Part shown: piece by piece, positions 19,924-31,581 of the stretch | How the letters are laid out: each line of letters starts with the position of its first letter | Numbering within the stretch: position 1 is the first letter of the stretch | Assembly: GCA_031400185.1 (NCBI GenBank) | Contig: JANNPN010000435.1 | Coordinates: 1 to 57,537, forward strand | DNA: 57,537 nucleotides | From: Polyangiaceae bacterium | Lineage (GTDB): Bacteria > Desulfobacterota > Binatia > UTPRO1 | Direction of reading: 5' to 3' | Notes under the pieces: generated by a model | Databases searched by the model: none | What the model saw: the letters and a program-made list of their open reading frames with translations, nothing else | What the model was told of the DNA's origin: nothing | Position numbers and translations under genes: made by a program

Positions 19924-19960
19924 AAAAAAGCCCTTCGACGGGAGCCGAAGGGCCTTTTTC
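19924..19960. terminator. Intrinsic, potentially bidirectional terminator
   Basis: AAAAAA-GCCCTTCG-loop-CGAAGGGC-CTTTTT; gives a U6 tail on the minus strand. Confidence 0.85.
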
Positions 19961-20056
19961 CATAGAGCCCTGGGGGCTCTACAACCTCGCCTGAGTCCGA
20001 CTGAAACTACACGCTACGAAAACTTCTCGCTGCGAACAGCAGAAACTCGGCTGGAA

Positions 20057-20134
20057 CTACTTCTTCTTTTTGGCAGCGCCCTTCTTGGCCGGCGCTTTCT
20101 TCTTGGCCTTGGACGCTTTCTTCTTGGCTGCCAT
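20057..20134 (-). CDS. 25-aa Lys/Ala-rich (histone H1-tail-like) small protein MAAKKKASKAKKKAPAKKGAAKKKK
   Basis: Read by hand: ATG at 20134, TAG at 20057-20059, strong GAGGAGGT Shine-Dalgarno just upstream, with its own promoter and terminator. Confidence 0.8.
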   Translation of the reverse strand: MAAKKKASKAKKKAPAKKGAAKKKK

Positions 20135-20229
20135 AGACACCTCCTCACAAACGTTAGCTGCGTTTGACCCAGGTTCGCTCAGGCGAGCGCTCCCCCAATC
20201 CACAGCCACCCCACCCCTCAACGCAAGGC

Positions 20230-20259
20230 ATCATAGGAAATTGCCATGGCGAATGTCAA
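20230..20259 (-). promoter_or_regulatory. Near-consensus sigma70 promoter of the small basic ORF
   Basis: TTGACA-N18-TATGAT with an AT-rich tract upstream. Confidence 0.7.
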
Positions 20260-20447
20260 GAGAAAAATTGCATTTTGGAACAGATTTCCGGAGGAGAATC
20301 AGGACGATGCCGGGGAGGGGAGCTGGGGTTAGAATGGTGTTCACTCTGACTTCTACTGAAGAGTAACAGAGCGTTTTAAACCGCGCTGGGCGCGGCTTTG
20401 CGGCATGTTCGCCCCACCTCAAATACGGTGAACCAAAGGCGAAAGTG

Positions 20448-22943
<2,496 letters not shown>

Positions 22944-22947
<4 letters not shown>

Positions 22948-23330
22948 GCCTCTTCCTCGCCGGAGATCAGCTCGTCGTACTCGTCGGCATCGAGGAGGGT
23001 TTCGAGCTCGGCGCTGTCGTTCAGCTCGACCTCGATCAACCAACCCTCGTGATACGGGTCCTCGTTGACGATCGTGGGATGATCATCCAGCTCGGTGTTG
23101 ATCGCCACGACCTGGCCCGAGATGGGAGCGATCAGCTCGTTCACCGTCTTCACCGACTCGAGCTCGCCGAACGACTCACCCTTCTCGACCTCGTCGCCGA
23201 CGTCGGGCAGCTCGACGGCGATGATCTCGCCGAGCTCACCTTGCGCATGCTCGGAGATGCCGAGGTGCGCACGCGATCCGTCGATGCGAAGCCACAGGTG
23301 ATCGTTCGTGAATTTCAGCGTGTCGGCCAT
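22944..23330 (-). CDS. gcvH: Glycine cleavage H protein (lipoyl carrier)
   Basis: GISEHAQGELG, ESVK lipoyl-Lys and VNEDPY..GWL. Confidence 0.95.
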
Positions 23331-23356
23331 GCGCAGCCCCTCGTCTTCATGCCGCC

Positions 23357-23384
23357 CTTATAGGGGGCCGCTTTTCGCTGTCAA
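23357..23384 (-). promoter_or_regulatory. Putative sigma70 promoter of gcvH-pcm
   Basis: TTGACA-N16-TATAAG. Confidence 0.6.
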
Positions 23385-23425
23385 GGGAGCGACGCGCCTT
23401 CGTACGCCATCGGAAACGCAAATGA

Positions 23426-23461
23426 AGAGAGCCGGCACGTGCACGCACGTGCCGGCTCTCT
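23426..23461 (-). terminator. Long hairpin downstream of nrdJ
   Basis: AGAGAGCCGGCACGTGC-AC-GCACGTGCCGGCTCTCT 17-bp inverted repeat; a second hairpin lies at about 23548-23574. Confidence 0.65.
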
Positions 23462-23593
23462 CTCCCCCGGCCACCACGACCACAACGAGGCTCCGGGAAT
23501 GTCATCCCATCCTCAATTCCCCACCTACTCCCGGTCCCCCTCCTCAGCCGTGACGTTCCGGAAACGTCACGGCGCTGGACCCACGGTCACGTC

Positions 23594-26350
23594 TCACGAG
23601 CATCCGCTCGTCGAGCCGCAGTTGAGACACTTGTAGCAGCTGCCGTTGCGCACCATGATCGCGCCGCAGTCAGAACAGCTCGGCGCGTCGGCTTGCGGAC
23701 TGAAGGTCATCGCGCTCGCGCGCGGCACCGCCTCGAACTCTTCGCGGGGAAGCGCGCGCGCCTCGGCCGTCACCTCGACGAGCCCCACCTCGTGCCGCTG
23801 CTCGGCGGAGAGATGCCGCGAGCCGAGGAATCGGAAGATGTAGTCCGTCAGGGACTTCGCCATGGGGATCTCGGGATTCTTGGTGAAGCCCGACGGCTCG
23901 AAGCGGACGTGCGCGAACTTGTTGACGAGGACTTCGAGCGGGACGCCGTACTGGAGCGCCATCGAGGTGAGGGTCGCGATCGTGTCCATGAGACCCGAGA
24001 TCGTGCTCCCCTCCTTCGCCATCTTGATGAAGATCTCGCCCGGCGTACCGTCCTCGTAGAAGCCGACGTGAATGTAACCCTCATGGCCGGCGATCTCGAA
24101 CTTGTGGCGCTCGGACTTGCAGTCGTTTTGCAGCCGGCGCCGGGTCGGACGCGCCTCGACCGTGGGCTTGGCGACCTCCGTGCTCTTGCCGGTGTTGAGC
24201 GGCTGGCTCTGCTTGCAGCCGTCGCGATAGATCGCGATCGCCTTCAAGCCGTTTCGCCACGCCTCGAGATACGCCTCGGTGACGTCGTCGACGGTCGCGT
24301 CCGCCGGCATGTTGACGGTCTTCGAGATTGCGCCGGAGATGAAAGGTTGCGCTGCGCCCATCATGCGGATGTGGCCGAGGTAGTGGATCGAGCGAGCGCC
24401 GCGTTGCGGCTTGAACGCGCAGTCGAAGACCGCGAGGTCCTCGTCTTTCAGATGGGGGGCACCCTCGATCGTCTCCTGCTCCTCGACGTATTCGACGATG
24501 TCCTGGACCTGCTTGCTCTCGTAGCCGAGACGCGTGAGAGCCCGCCGGATCGTCATGTTGACGATCTTCAGCATCCCGCCGCCGACGAGCTTCTTGTACT
24601 TCACGAGCGCAATGTCGGGCTCGATGCCGGTCGTGTCGCAATCCATCATGAACGCGATCGTGCCGGTCGGAGCCAAGACCGTCGCCTGCGAGTTGCGGAA
24701 GCCCTGGCGCTCGCCGAGCGCGAACGCATCGTCCCACACGCGGCGCGCCTCGCTCAGGAGGTCGAGCGGCACGAGCGACGGATCGATCTTGTGCGCCGCG
24801 GCGCGATGCTTGCCGATCACCCGCTGCATCGGATCGCGATTCGGCGCGTAGCCGGAGAACGACCCCATCTCGCCGGCGATGCGCGCCGACTGGAGATACG
24901 CCTCCCCGCACATGAGCGCCGTGACCGCCGCCGCGTACTGCCGGCCCGCCTCGGAATCGTACGGAAGCCCGAGCGACATGAGCAGAGCACCGAGGTTCGC
25001 ATAGCCGAGCCCGAGCTCGCGGAACGCGTGCGCGTTCTTGTCGATCTCCGGCGTCGGGTAGCTCGAGTTGTCGACGATGATGTCCTGTGCGGTGATCATG
25101 ACGTCGACCGCGTGCTTGAACGCCTCGACGTTGAAGTCGCCGGAGGCGCCCACGAACTTCATCAGGTTCAGCGACGAGAGGTTACACGCGGAGTTGTCGA
25201 GGTGCATGTACTCGCTGCAGGGGTTCGACGCGTTGATGCGGCCGCTTGCCGGGCACGTGTGCCAGTCGTTGATGGTCGTATCGAACTGCAGACCGGGGTC
25301 GCCGCAGGCGTGCGCGTTCTCCGAGATGCTCCGCATGAGGTCGCGAGCGCGGAACGTCTCCGACACCTCACCCGTGCGGACGAATCGCGTCTGCCAGTCA
25401 CCGTCCGAGACGACCGCATGCATGAACGCTTCGGTGACGCGCACCGAATTGTTGGCGTTCTGGAACGCGACCGAGCCATACGCGGCACCGTCGAGCGAGC
25501 TGTCGTAGCCGGCGGCGATGAGCGCACGCGCCTTCCGCTCCTCCTCGGTCTTGCAGCTGATGAACTCCATGATGTCGGGGTGGTCGACGTTCAGCACGAC
25601 CATCTTCGCGGCGCGGCGAGTCTTGCCGCCCGACTTGATGACGCCGGCCGACGCGTCGGCCGCCTTCATGAACGACACCGGGCCCGACGCCGTGCCACCG
25701 CCGACCAGCCGCTCCTTCGACGAGCGCAGCTTCGAGAGGTTCACCCCCGAGCCCGAGCCGCCCTTGAAGATGACGCCTTCGCGCCGGTACCAGTCGAGGA
25801 TCGAGTCCATGGTGTCGTCGACCGAAAGGATGAAGCAGGCGCTGCACTGCGGCTTCGACTCGACGCCGACGTTGAACCAGACCGGGCTGTTGAAGCAGGC
25901 CTTCTGGTACAGCAGCAGATGGGTGAGCTCGTCGGCGAAGACGGCCGCGTCGTTCGGGGTCGCGAAATACCCCTGGGCGACGCCCCACGAGCGGATGGTG
26001 CCGACGACCCGCCCGATCAGCTGGCGGACGCTGGTCTCGCGCTGGGGCGTGCCGAGCGGACCTCGGAAATACTTGGAGACGACCACGTTGGTCGCGAGCT
26101 GGGTCCACGGCTTCGGCATCTCGACGTCGTGCTGCTCGAACACGACTTCGCCCTTCTCGCCGTAGATCACGGCGCTCCGGCGCTCCCATTCGGCGTTCGC
26201 GAACGGGTCGAGCCCCGCCTGGGTGAAGTACCGCTTGATGGTGAGCCCCCGCCGGTCGTCCGACCCAGCGGCATCGCCCCCCGGGACCCCCGCCACGAGC
26301 TCCGCCTCCCCACCACCGCCCATGCCAGCCACCGCCACCCCGTTTTCCAT
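23594..26350 (-). CDS. nrdJ: Class II (adenosylcobalamin-dependent) ribonucleotide reductase
   Basis: FNSPVWFN, SACFI, NPCSE, ACNLSSLNL, APTGTI, and a C-terminal TSCPD-like domain with CxxC..CxxC; ATG at 26350. Confidence 0.96.
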   Translation of the reverse strand: MENGVAVAGMGGGGEAELVAGVPGGDAAGSDDRRGLTIKRYFTQAGLDPFANAEWERRSAVIYGEKGEVVFEQHDVEMPKPWTQLATNVVVSKYFRGPLGTPQRETSVRQLIGRVVGTIRSWGVAQGYFATPNDAAVFADELTHLLLYQKACFNSPVWFNVGVESKPQCSACFILSVDDTMDSILDWYRREGVIFKGGSGSGVNLSKLRSSKERLVGGGTASGPVSFMKAADASAGVIKSGGKTRRAAKMVVLNVDHPDIMEFISCKTEEERKARALIAAGYDSSLDGAAYGSVAFQNANNSVRVTEAFMHAVVSDGDWQTRFVRTGEVSETFRARDLMRSISENAHACGDPGLQFDTTINDWHTCPASGRINASNPCSEYMHLDNSACNLSSLNLMKFVGASGDFNVEAFKHAVDVMITAQDIIVDNSSYPTPEIDKNAHAFRELGLGYANLGALLMSLGLPYDSEAGRQYAAAVTALMCGEAYLQSARIAGEMGSFSGYAPNRDPMQRVIGKHRAAAHKIDPSLVPLDLLSEARRVWDDAFALGERQGFRNSQATVLAPTGTIAFMMDCDTTGIEPDIALVKYKKLVGGGMLKIVNMTIRRALTRLGYESKQVQDIVEYVEEQETIEGAPHLKDEDLAVFDCAFKPQRGARSIHYLGHIRMMGAAQPFISGAISKTVNMPADATVDDVTEAYLEAWRNGLKAIAIYRDGCKQSQPLNTGKSTEVAKPTVEARPTRRRLQNDCKSERHKFEIAGHEGYIHVGFYEDGTPGEIFIKMAKEGSTISGLMDTIATLTSMALQYGVPLEVLVNKFAHVRFEPSGFTKNPEIPMAKSLTDYIFRFLGSRHLSAEQRHEVGLVEVTAEARALPREEFEAVPRASAMTFSPQADAPSCSDCGAIMVRNGSCYKCLNCGSTSGCS

Positions 26351-26425
26351 CGCACCACCCTCGTTTTCTGGGGCCCCGAGCGCGTCGGAGCGTGACTTGA
26401 AAGGACCCTGGCTTCGACCGCGAAC

Positions 26426-26441
26426 CATCAAGATGTTGTAG
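26426..26441. promoter_or_regulatory. NrdR-box-like operator
   Basis: CATCAAGATGTTGTAG fits the CwAnATnTwG core; lies between a minus-strand TTGACA (26477-26482) and the nrdJ start. Confidence 0.6.
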
Positions 26442-26545
26442 AGCAGGGCGGGTCAGTACACAAGGAATGGACACCGTGTCAAGAAAAAAATCACCGCGAC
26501 CCGCAAGGCTTTCTCCATGGCGCCGCCCACGCTAAGGACCGGCGG

Positions 26546-27004
26546 GTGAGCCCGCGCCGTGAGCCCGCGCGCATCGAAGGCGTCGTCGACACCTGCCTCG
26601 ATCGCGTGCTCGGAACGCCCGGCGCGTCCGTCATCTGGAAGGTCTGGGATGACGCGGTCGGCGCCGCGATCGCACGCCGCGCGGAGCCGATGCGCCTGCG
26701 CGGCCGGACTCTCGTCGTCGCCGTCTCGAGCGCGCCGTGGATGCAGGAGCTCACGCTCTTGAAACGCAACATCGTGGCCGCGTTGAACGAGCGCCTGCCG
26801 CGTCCGCTCATCGAGGATTTGTTCCTCGTGCTGACCGAAGGGCGCGCGGCCGAGGTCGCGCGCCCGCCAAGCCGCCGCCGCGCGCCCTGCCCTCCGCCGC
26901 CCGCTCGCGCCGACCTGGACGCCCTTCCGCCCGAGCTCCGCGCGAGCTTCGCCGGTATGCTCGACGCGTGGCGCCGACGCGCCCGCGCAGGCGGCGACGA
27001 CTGA
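26546..27004 (+). CDS. DUF721/DciA family protein
   Basis: WDDAVGAAIARRAEP...LVVAVSSAPWMQEL pattern. Confidence 0.85.
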   Translation: MSPRREPARIEGVVDTCLDRVLGTPGASVIWKVWDDAVGAAIARRAEPMRLRGRTLVVAVSSAPWMQELTLLKRNIVAALNERLPRPLIEDLFLVLTEGRAAEVARPPSRRRAPCPPPPARADLDALPPELRASFAGMLDAWRRRARAGGDD

Positions 27005-27029
27005 CGCAGCTCCGACCGACGAGGACCCG

Positions 27030-27863
27030 ATGCCGACCGCCAAAGACGCGACCGTCACGATCGACGACCTCACCTTCCACTATCTCGACTGGGGCACGAT
27101 CGGGCGGCCATCGCTGCTCTGCCTGCACGGCATCACGCAGACCGCGCACAGCTGGGACGAGGTGGCGCCCGCGCTGGCGCGCGATCACCACGTCCGCGCA
27201 CTCGATCAGCGCGGACACGGGGACACGGCGTGGTCTCCCGATGGCGACTACCGCATCGCGACGCAGAACATCGACGTCGAGCGCGTGCTCGGCGCGCTCG
27301 GCGCCGCTCCCGCGGTGCTGGTAGCGCTTTCGATGGGCGGCCTCGTTGCGCTCACGCTCGCGGCGCGCCGCCCCGATCTCGTCCGCGCGCTCGTCGTCGT
27401 CGACATCGCGCCCGAGGTGCAGCGCGGCGGCGTCGAGAGCATCCGGAGCTTCGTCGCCGCGACCGACGAGCTCGACACGTTCGAGGACTTCGCGCAGCGC
27501 GCGCACGCGTTCAACCCGCGGCGCTCGCTCGACAACATCCGCGACCGGCTGCGACACAACCTGAAGCAGCTGCCGAACGGACGCTGGACGTGGAAGTACG
27601 ATCCGCAGCTTCGCAATCCGGCGCGTGTCGGTGAGGGCATGAGCGACCTCTGGGAGCGCGTGAAGGCCATCCGTTGTCCGGTGCTGATCGTGCGCGGCGG
27701 CGAGAGTGACATCCTCGCCCCCGAGGTCGCGGCGAAGTTCGGCAGCATCGTCGGCGCGGACGTCCGCACGGTCGCCGGCGCCGGCCACTCGGTCATGGGC
27801 GACAATCCCGCCGGGTTCCTCGCGGCCGTCGAGCCGTTCCTCGCGGAGCTGCCGCCGCTCTAG
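27030..27863 (+). CDS. Alpha/beta hydrolase
   Basis: LHG, DQRGHG, LSMGG nucleophile, RGGESD and AGH. Confidence 0.9.
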   Translation: MPTAKDATVTIDDLTFHYLDWGTIGRPSLLCLHGITQTAHSWDEVAPALARDHHVRALDQRGHGDTAWSPDGDYRIATQNIDVERVLGALGAAPAVLVALSMGGLVALTLAARRPDLVRALVVVDIAPEVQRGGVESIRSFVAATDELDTFEDFAQRAHAFNPRRSLDNIRDRLRHNLKQLPNGRWTWKYDPQLRNPARVGEGMSDLWERVKAIRCPVLIVRGGESDILAPEVAAKFGSIVGADVRTVAGAGHSVMGDNPAGFLAAVEPFLAELPPL

Positions 27864-27986
27864 CACGATGGACGAGGACTCGATCTCCCGCGCGGTTCGC
27901 GCGGGCCGAGCGCGAGCGAGCCGGGGGATGAGCCGACGCGGCTCTGCCGCGGCAACGCAGGGGGAGAGATCCCCCGTTTTTGCGAG

Positions 27987-28754
27987 ATGCTCCGCCTGAT
28001 CGAGCTCGCCAAACGGTTCGGCGACACAGTCGTCGTCGACCGCTTGTCGCTCACGATCGCACGCGGCGAGCGGATGGTGCTCCTCGGCGGCTCGGGCTCG
28101 GGCAAGACCACGACTCTCAAGATGGTGAACCGCCTGATCGAGCCCGACGCCGGCCGCGTCGAGATCGACGGCATCGACGCAGCGTCGCTTGCCCCGCACG
28201 AGCTCCGGCGCCGGATCGGCTACTGCTTCCAGCAGGTCGGCCTCTTCCCGCACCTGACCGTCGGCGAGAACGTCGCGATCACGCCGCGCCTGCTCGGCTG
28301 GCCGGCCGGTCGCCTGACCGCGCGCGTCGACGAGCTGTTGCGGCTCGTCGAGCTCGACCCGAGCGCGTTACGCGACCGCGCGCCGGCCTCGCTCTCGGGT
28401 GGCCAGCAGCAACGCGTCGGCGTCGCGCGCGCGCTCGCGGCGGAGCCCCAGGTGATGCTCCTCGACGAGCCGTTCGGCGCGCTCGACCCGATGACCCGCG
28501 AGCGTCTCCAGCAGTCGTTCCTCGCGATCGCGCGCCGCCTCGACCTGACAGCGATCTTCGTGACCCACGACATGGTGGAGGCGCTCCTCGTCGGCGACCG
28601 CATTGCGGTCTTGAAAGACGGGCGCCTCGAGCAGGTCGGCACGCCCGCGGAGCTCGCCGCGCGGCCGGCGACCGACTACGTCCGGACGCTGCTCGCGACC
28701 CCGCTCCGCCAGCTGGAGCAGGTGCGCGCGACGATCGGGCGCGCGACGACGTGA
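27987..28754 (+). CDS. Osmoprotectant ABC transporter ATP-binding subunit
   Basis: GGSGSGKTT, KMVNRLIEP, LSGGQQQRVGVARAL and DEPFGALDP. Confidence 0.93.
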   Translation: MLRLIELAKRFGDTVVVDRLSLTIARGERMVLLGGSGSGKTTTLKMVNRLIEPDAGRVEIDGIDAASLAPHELRRRIGYCFQQVGLFPHLTVGENVAITPRLLGWPAGRLTARVDELLRLVELDPSALRDRAPASLSGGQQQRVGVARALAAEPQVMLLDEPFGALDPMTRERLQQSFLAIARRLDLTAIFVTHDMVEALLVGDRIAVLKDGRLEQVGTPAELAARPATDYVRTLLATPLRQLEQVRATIGRATT

Positions 28755-30325
28755 GCGACCAGCTCGCGCTCCTCCCGGAGTATCTCGCGGCGCATCTCCA
28801 GCTGACGCTGGTGGCGCTCCTCGTCGGCACGGCGGTGAGCCTGCCACTCGGCATCTGGGCGACGCGCCGTCCGCGCGTCGAGGCGCTCGTGCTCGGCATC
28901 GCCGGCGTCATCCAGACCATCCCGAGCTTGGCGCTCCTCGCGGTCATGGTGCCCATCCTCGCCGCACTCGGCGCGCTGGCGACGCGCGTCGCCGGCGTCG
29001 GCGTTCCGAGCATCGGCTATCTGCCGGCCATCATCGGTCTCACCCTCTACAGCCTGCTGCCGATCCTCCGGAACACCGTGACCGGCATCCGCGGCGTCGA
29101 CCCGGCGATCGTCGAGGCCGCGCGCGGCGTCGGCATGACGCCGCACGAGCAGCTCCGGCTCGTCGAGCTGCCGCTCGCCTGGCCCGTCATCATCGCGGGC
29201 ATCCGCACGGCTACGGTCTGGGTGGTCGGGATCGCGACGCTCTCGACCCCGGTCGGGGCACCGAGCCTCGGGAACTACATCTTCAGCGGGCTCCAGACCC
29301 GGAACGCGACCGCGGTGCTGATCGGCTGCGCCGCCGCCGCCGCCGCGCTGGCGCTCCTTCTCGACGGCATCGTGCACCTCCTCGAGGTCGGCGTGCAGCG
29401 CCGGCACCGCGGCATGATCGCCGGTGCGCTCGCGCTGCTCGCGCTCCTGACGATCGGCACCGCGGCGGCCGCCGTCCGCACGCGGCTCGGGGCCGCGGCG
29501 CGTCCGATCGCGATCGGCGCCAAGACGTTCACGGAGCAATACGTGCTGAGCGAGATCTTGGCGGGCGAGATCACGCGCGCACTCGCGCGTCCGACCCGTA
29601 TCGTGGCGTCGCTCGGGTCGACGGTCGCGTTCGACGCGCTCGCGACCGGCGCGCTCGACGTCTACGTCGACTACACGGGAACCATCTGGGCGACGATCAT
29701 GAAGCGCACCGACGTGCCGCCGGACCCCGCGGTCGTCCTGGCGGAGGTGAGCCGGTATCTCACCGACACGCACGGCATCACGCTCGTCGCGGCACTCGGC
29801 TTCGAGAACGCGTATGCGCTCGCCATGCGCGACGAGACCGCGGGCCGGCTCGGCGTCACGACGATCAGCGAGCTCGCCGCGCGCGCGCCCGAGCTCGTCA
29901 TCGCGGGCGACTACGAGTTCTTCAGCCGGCCGGAGTGGGCGGCGCTCGCGCGCATCTACGGGCTCGCCTTCCGCGACCGCCGCAGCATGGACTCGTCGCT
30001 CATGTACACGGCGGTCGCGAGCGCCCAGGTCGACGTCATCAGCGCGTTCTCGACCGACGGTCGCATCGCCGCACTCGGGCTCACGGTGCTCACCGACGAC
30101 CGCCACGTGATCCCGCCCTACGACGCGGTCGTGCTGGCGAGCGCACGGCTCACGCGCGAGGCACCCGAGGTGCTCGCCGCGCTCCGCCCGCTCGCCGGCG
30201 CGATCGGCGCCGAGCGCATGCAACGCCTGAATGCCGCCGTCGATCAAGATGGTGCCACGCCGGCCGCGGTTGCGCGCGGATTCCTCGCCGAGCGCGCGGC
30301 GCCGGCCGTTAGCCCGGGATCCTGA
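28751..30325 (+). CDS. Fused permease/substrate-binding subunit, glycine betaine/choline ABC transporter
   Basis: QTIPSLALL, EAARGVGM, then GAKTFTEQ, DYTGT and IPPYD; GTG start overlaps the upstream stop. Confidence 0.92.
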   Translation: MSDQLALLPEYLAAHLQLTLVALLVGTAVSLPLGIWATRRPRVEALVLGIAGVIQTIPSLALLAVMVPILAALGALATRVAGVGVPSIGYLPAIIGLTLYSLLPILRNTVTGIRGVDPAIVEAARGVGMTPHEQLRLVELPLAWPVIIAGIRTATVWVVGIATLSTPVGAPSLGNYIFSGLQTRNATAVLIGCAAAAAALALLLDGIVHLLEVGVQRRHRGMIAGALALLALLTIGTAAAAVRTRLGAAARPIAIGAKTFTEQYVLSEILAGEITRALARPTRIVASLGSTVAFDALATGALDVYVDYTGTIWATIMKRTDVPPDPAVVLAEVSRYLTDTHGITLVAALGFENAYALAMRDETAGRLGVTTISELAARAPELVIAGDYEFFSRPEWAALARIYGLAFRDRRSMDSSLMYTAVASAQVDVISAFSTDGRIAALGLTVLTDDRHVIPPYDAVVLASARLTREAPEVLAALRPLAGAIGAERMQRLNAAVDQDGATPAAVARGFLAERAAPAVSPGS

Positions 30326-31526
30326 GCGGCGCCACCGTCGCCTCGCTCGCGCGCTTCGCGGCGAGCGCCGGCGGGAAGACGAACCGCTCGCGCGTCGCCC
30401 CGGCGACGCCGCGCTGGACCAGGCCGGCGACGTCGAAGAGGCGTTCCGCCGCCTCGACCTCGGCGAGCGTCGCGCGCGTCGTCGGGTGCGGAGGGGTGAA
30501 GAGCGTGCAGCAATCCTGGTCCGGCAGGATCGACGTCGCGAACGTGCCGATGCGCGTCGCCTGCTGGATGATCTCGTTCTTGTCCATGCCGACGAGCGGA
30601 CGCAGCACGAGCGTCGGGGTCGCGGCGGCGATCGTCTGCATGTTCTCGAGCGTCTGCGACGACACCTGCCCGAGGCTCTCGCCGGTCACCAGCACCCGCG
30701 CCCCGCCCTGCCCGAGTGCCTCGGCGATCCGCAGCATCATGCGGCGGTAGAGCACGACGCGGTGGCTCCGCGGCACGCGCGCGACGATCTCGCTCTGGAT
30801 CTCGCCGAACGGCACGATCCAGAGGTCGGAGCGCAATTGCCACCGCGTCAGATGCTCGACGAGGTCCTGCGCTTTGTCGACGCTCGCGCGCGTCGTGTAG
30901 GGCGCGCCGCTGAAGTGGACGAAGTCGACGCGGCAGCCGCGCTGCATCAGGCGGTACGCTGCGACCGGCGAGTCGATGCCACCCGACATGAGACACGTGA
31001 CACGGCCGCTGATCGTGACCGGCAGCCCACCGGGCCCCCGCCGCTTGGCTCCCGACACGTACGCCGTGCGCGGCAGGATCTCGACGGTGATCGCGAGGTC
31101 CGGGGTCCCGAGGTCGACACGGCCGCCGACGTGCTCGATCACCGTCGCCCCGAGGGTCGCCCCCAGCTCCGGCGACGTCAGCGGGAACGACTTGTCGGCG
31201 CGCCGGGTCCGGATCGCGAACGTCGTGAACGGCTCGGCGCGCGCGCACGCGAGCACCGCCTCGCGGATGCGATCGAGATCGACCGGCAGCTCGACTCCGG
31301 CCGAGTAGTTGGCGACCCCGAACGTGTGCGCGACCCGGTCGCAGACCGCGTCGACCATGGCCGCGTCGTCGAGCCGGAGCACGATCCGGCCTTGCAGGCT
31401 CTCGGCGTTTCGCACTCCGAGCCCGGTCGTCGCGTCGCGAAGGTTCGCGATCAGCCGTTGCACGAAGCGCTGGCGGTTCCCGCCCTTGAGCGCGATCTCG
31501 TGATAGCGCACGACGACGCAAGCCAT
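30309..31526 (-). CDS. thiI: tRNA 4-thiouridine synthase (THUMP + PP-loop, no rhodanese domain)
   Basis: EIALKGGNR, GGLPV, SGGIDSPVA, GESLGQVSSQT and DCC. Confidence 0.95.
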   Translation of the reverse strand: MACVVVRYHEIALKGGNRQRFVQRLIANLRDATTGLGVRNAESLQGRIVLRLDDAAMVDAVCDRVAHTFGVANYSAGVELPVDLDRIREAVLACARAEPFTTFAIRTRRADKSFPLTSPELGATLGATVIEHVGGRVDLGTPDLAITVEILPRTAYVSGAKRRGPGGLPVTISGRVTCLMSGGIDSPVAAYRLMQRGCRVDFVHFSGAPYTTRASVDKAQDLVEHLTRWQLRSDLWIVPFGEIQSEIVARVPRSHRVVLYRRMMLRIAEALGQGGARVLVTGESLGQVSSQTLENMQTIAAATPTLVLRPLVGMDKNEIIQQATRIGTFATSILPDQDCCTLFTPPHPTTRATLAEVEAAERLFDVAGLVQRGVAGATRERFVFPPALAAKRASEATVAPLRIPG

Positions 31527-31581
31527 CACCGGGGCATAGCACGGGCTTCCGAGCGGGCGAACCGCCGTGCTATCCGGCGTG

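Noticed and set aside
19924-20225. tmRNA, 6S, SRP or RNase P identity for the small transcript
   Set aside because: No tRNA-like ends, tag peptide or other hallmark motifs recognised.
20070-20366. Plus-strand 98-aa ORF, including a short SD-led MPGRGAG... ORF
   Set aside because: Antisense of the Lys-rich ORF and its promoter; no protein-like features.
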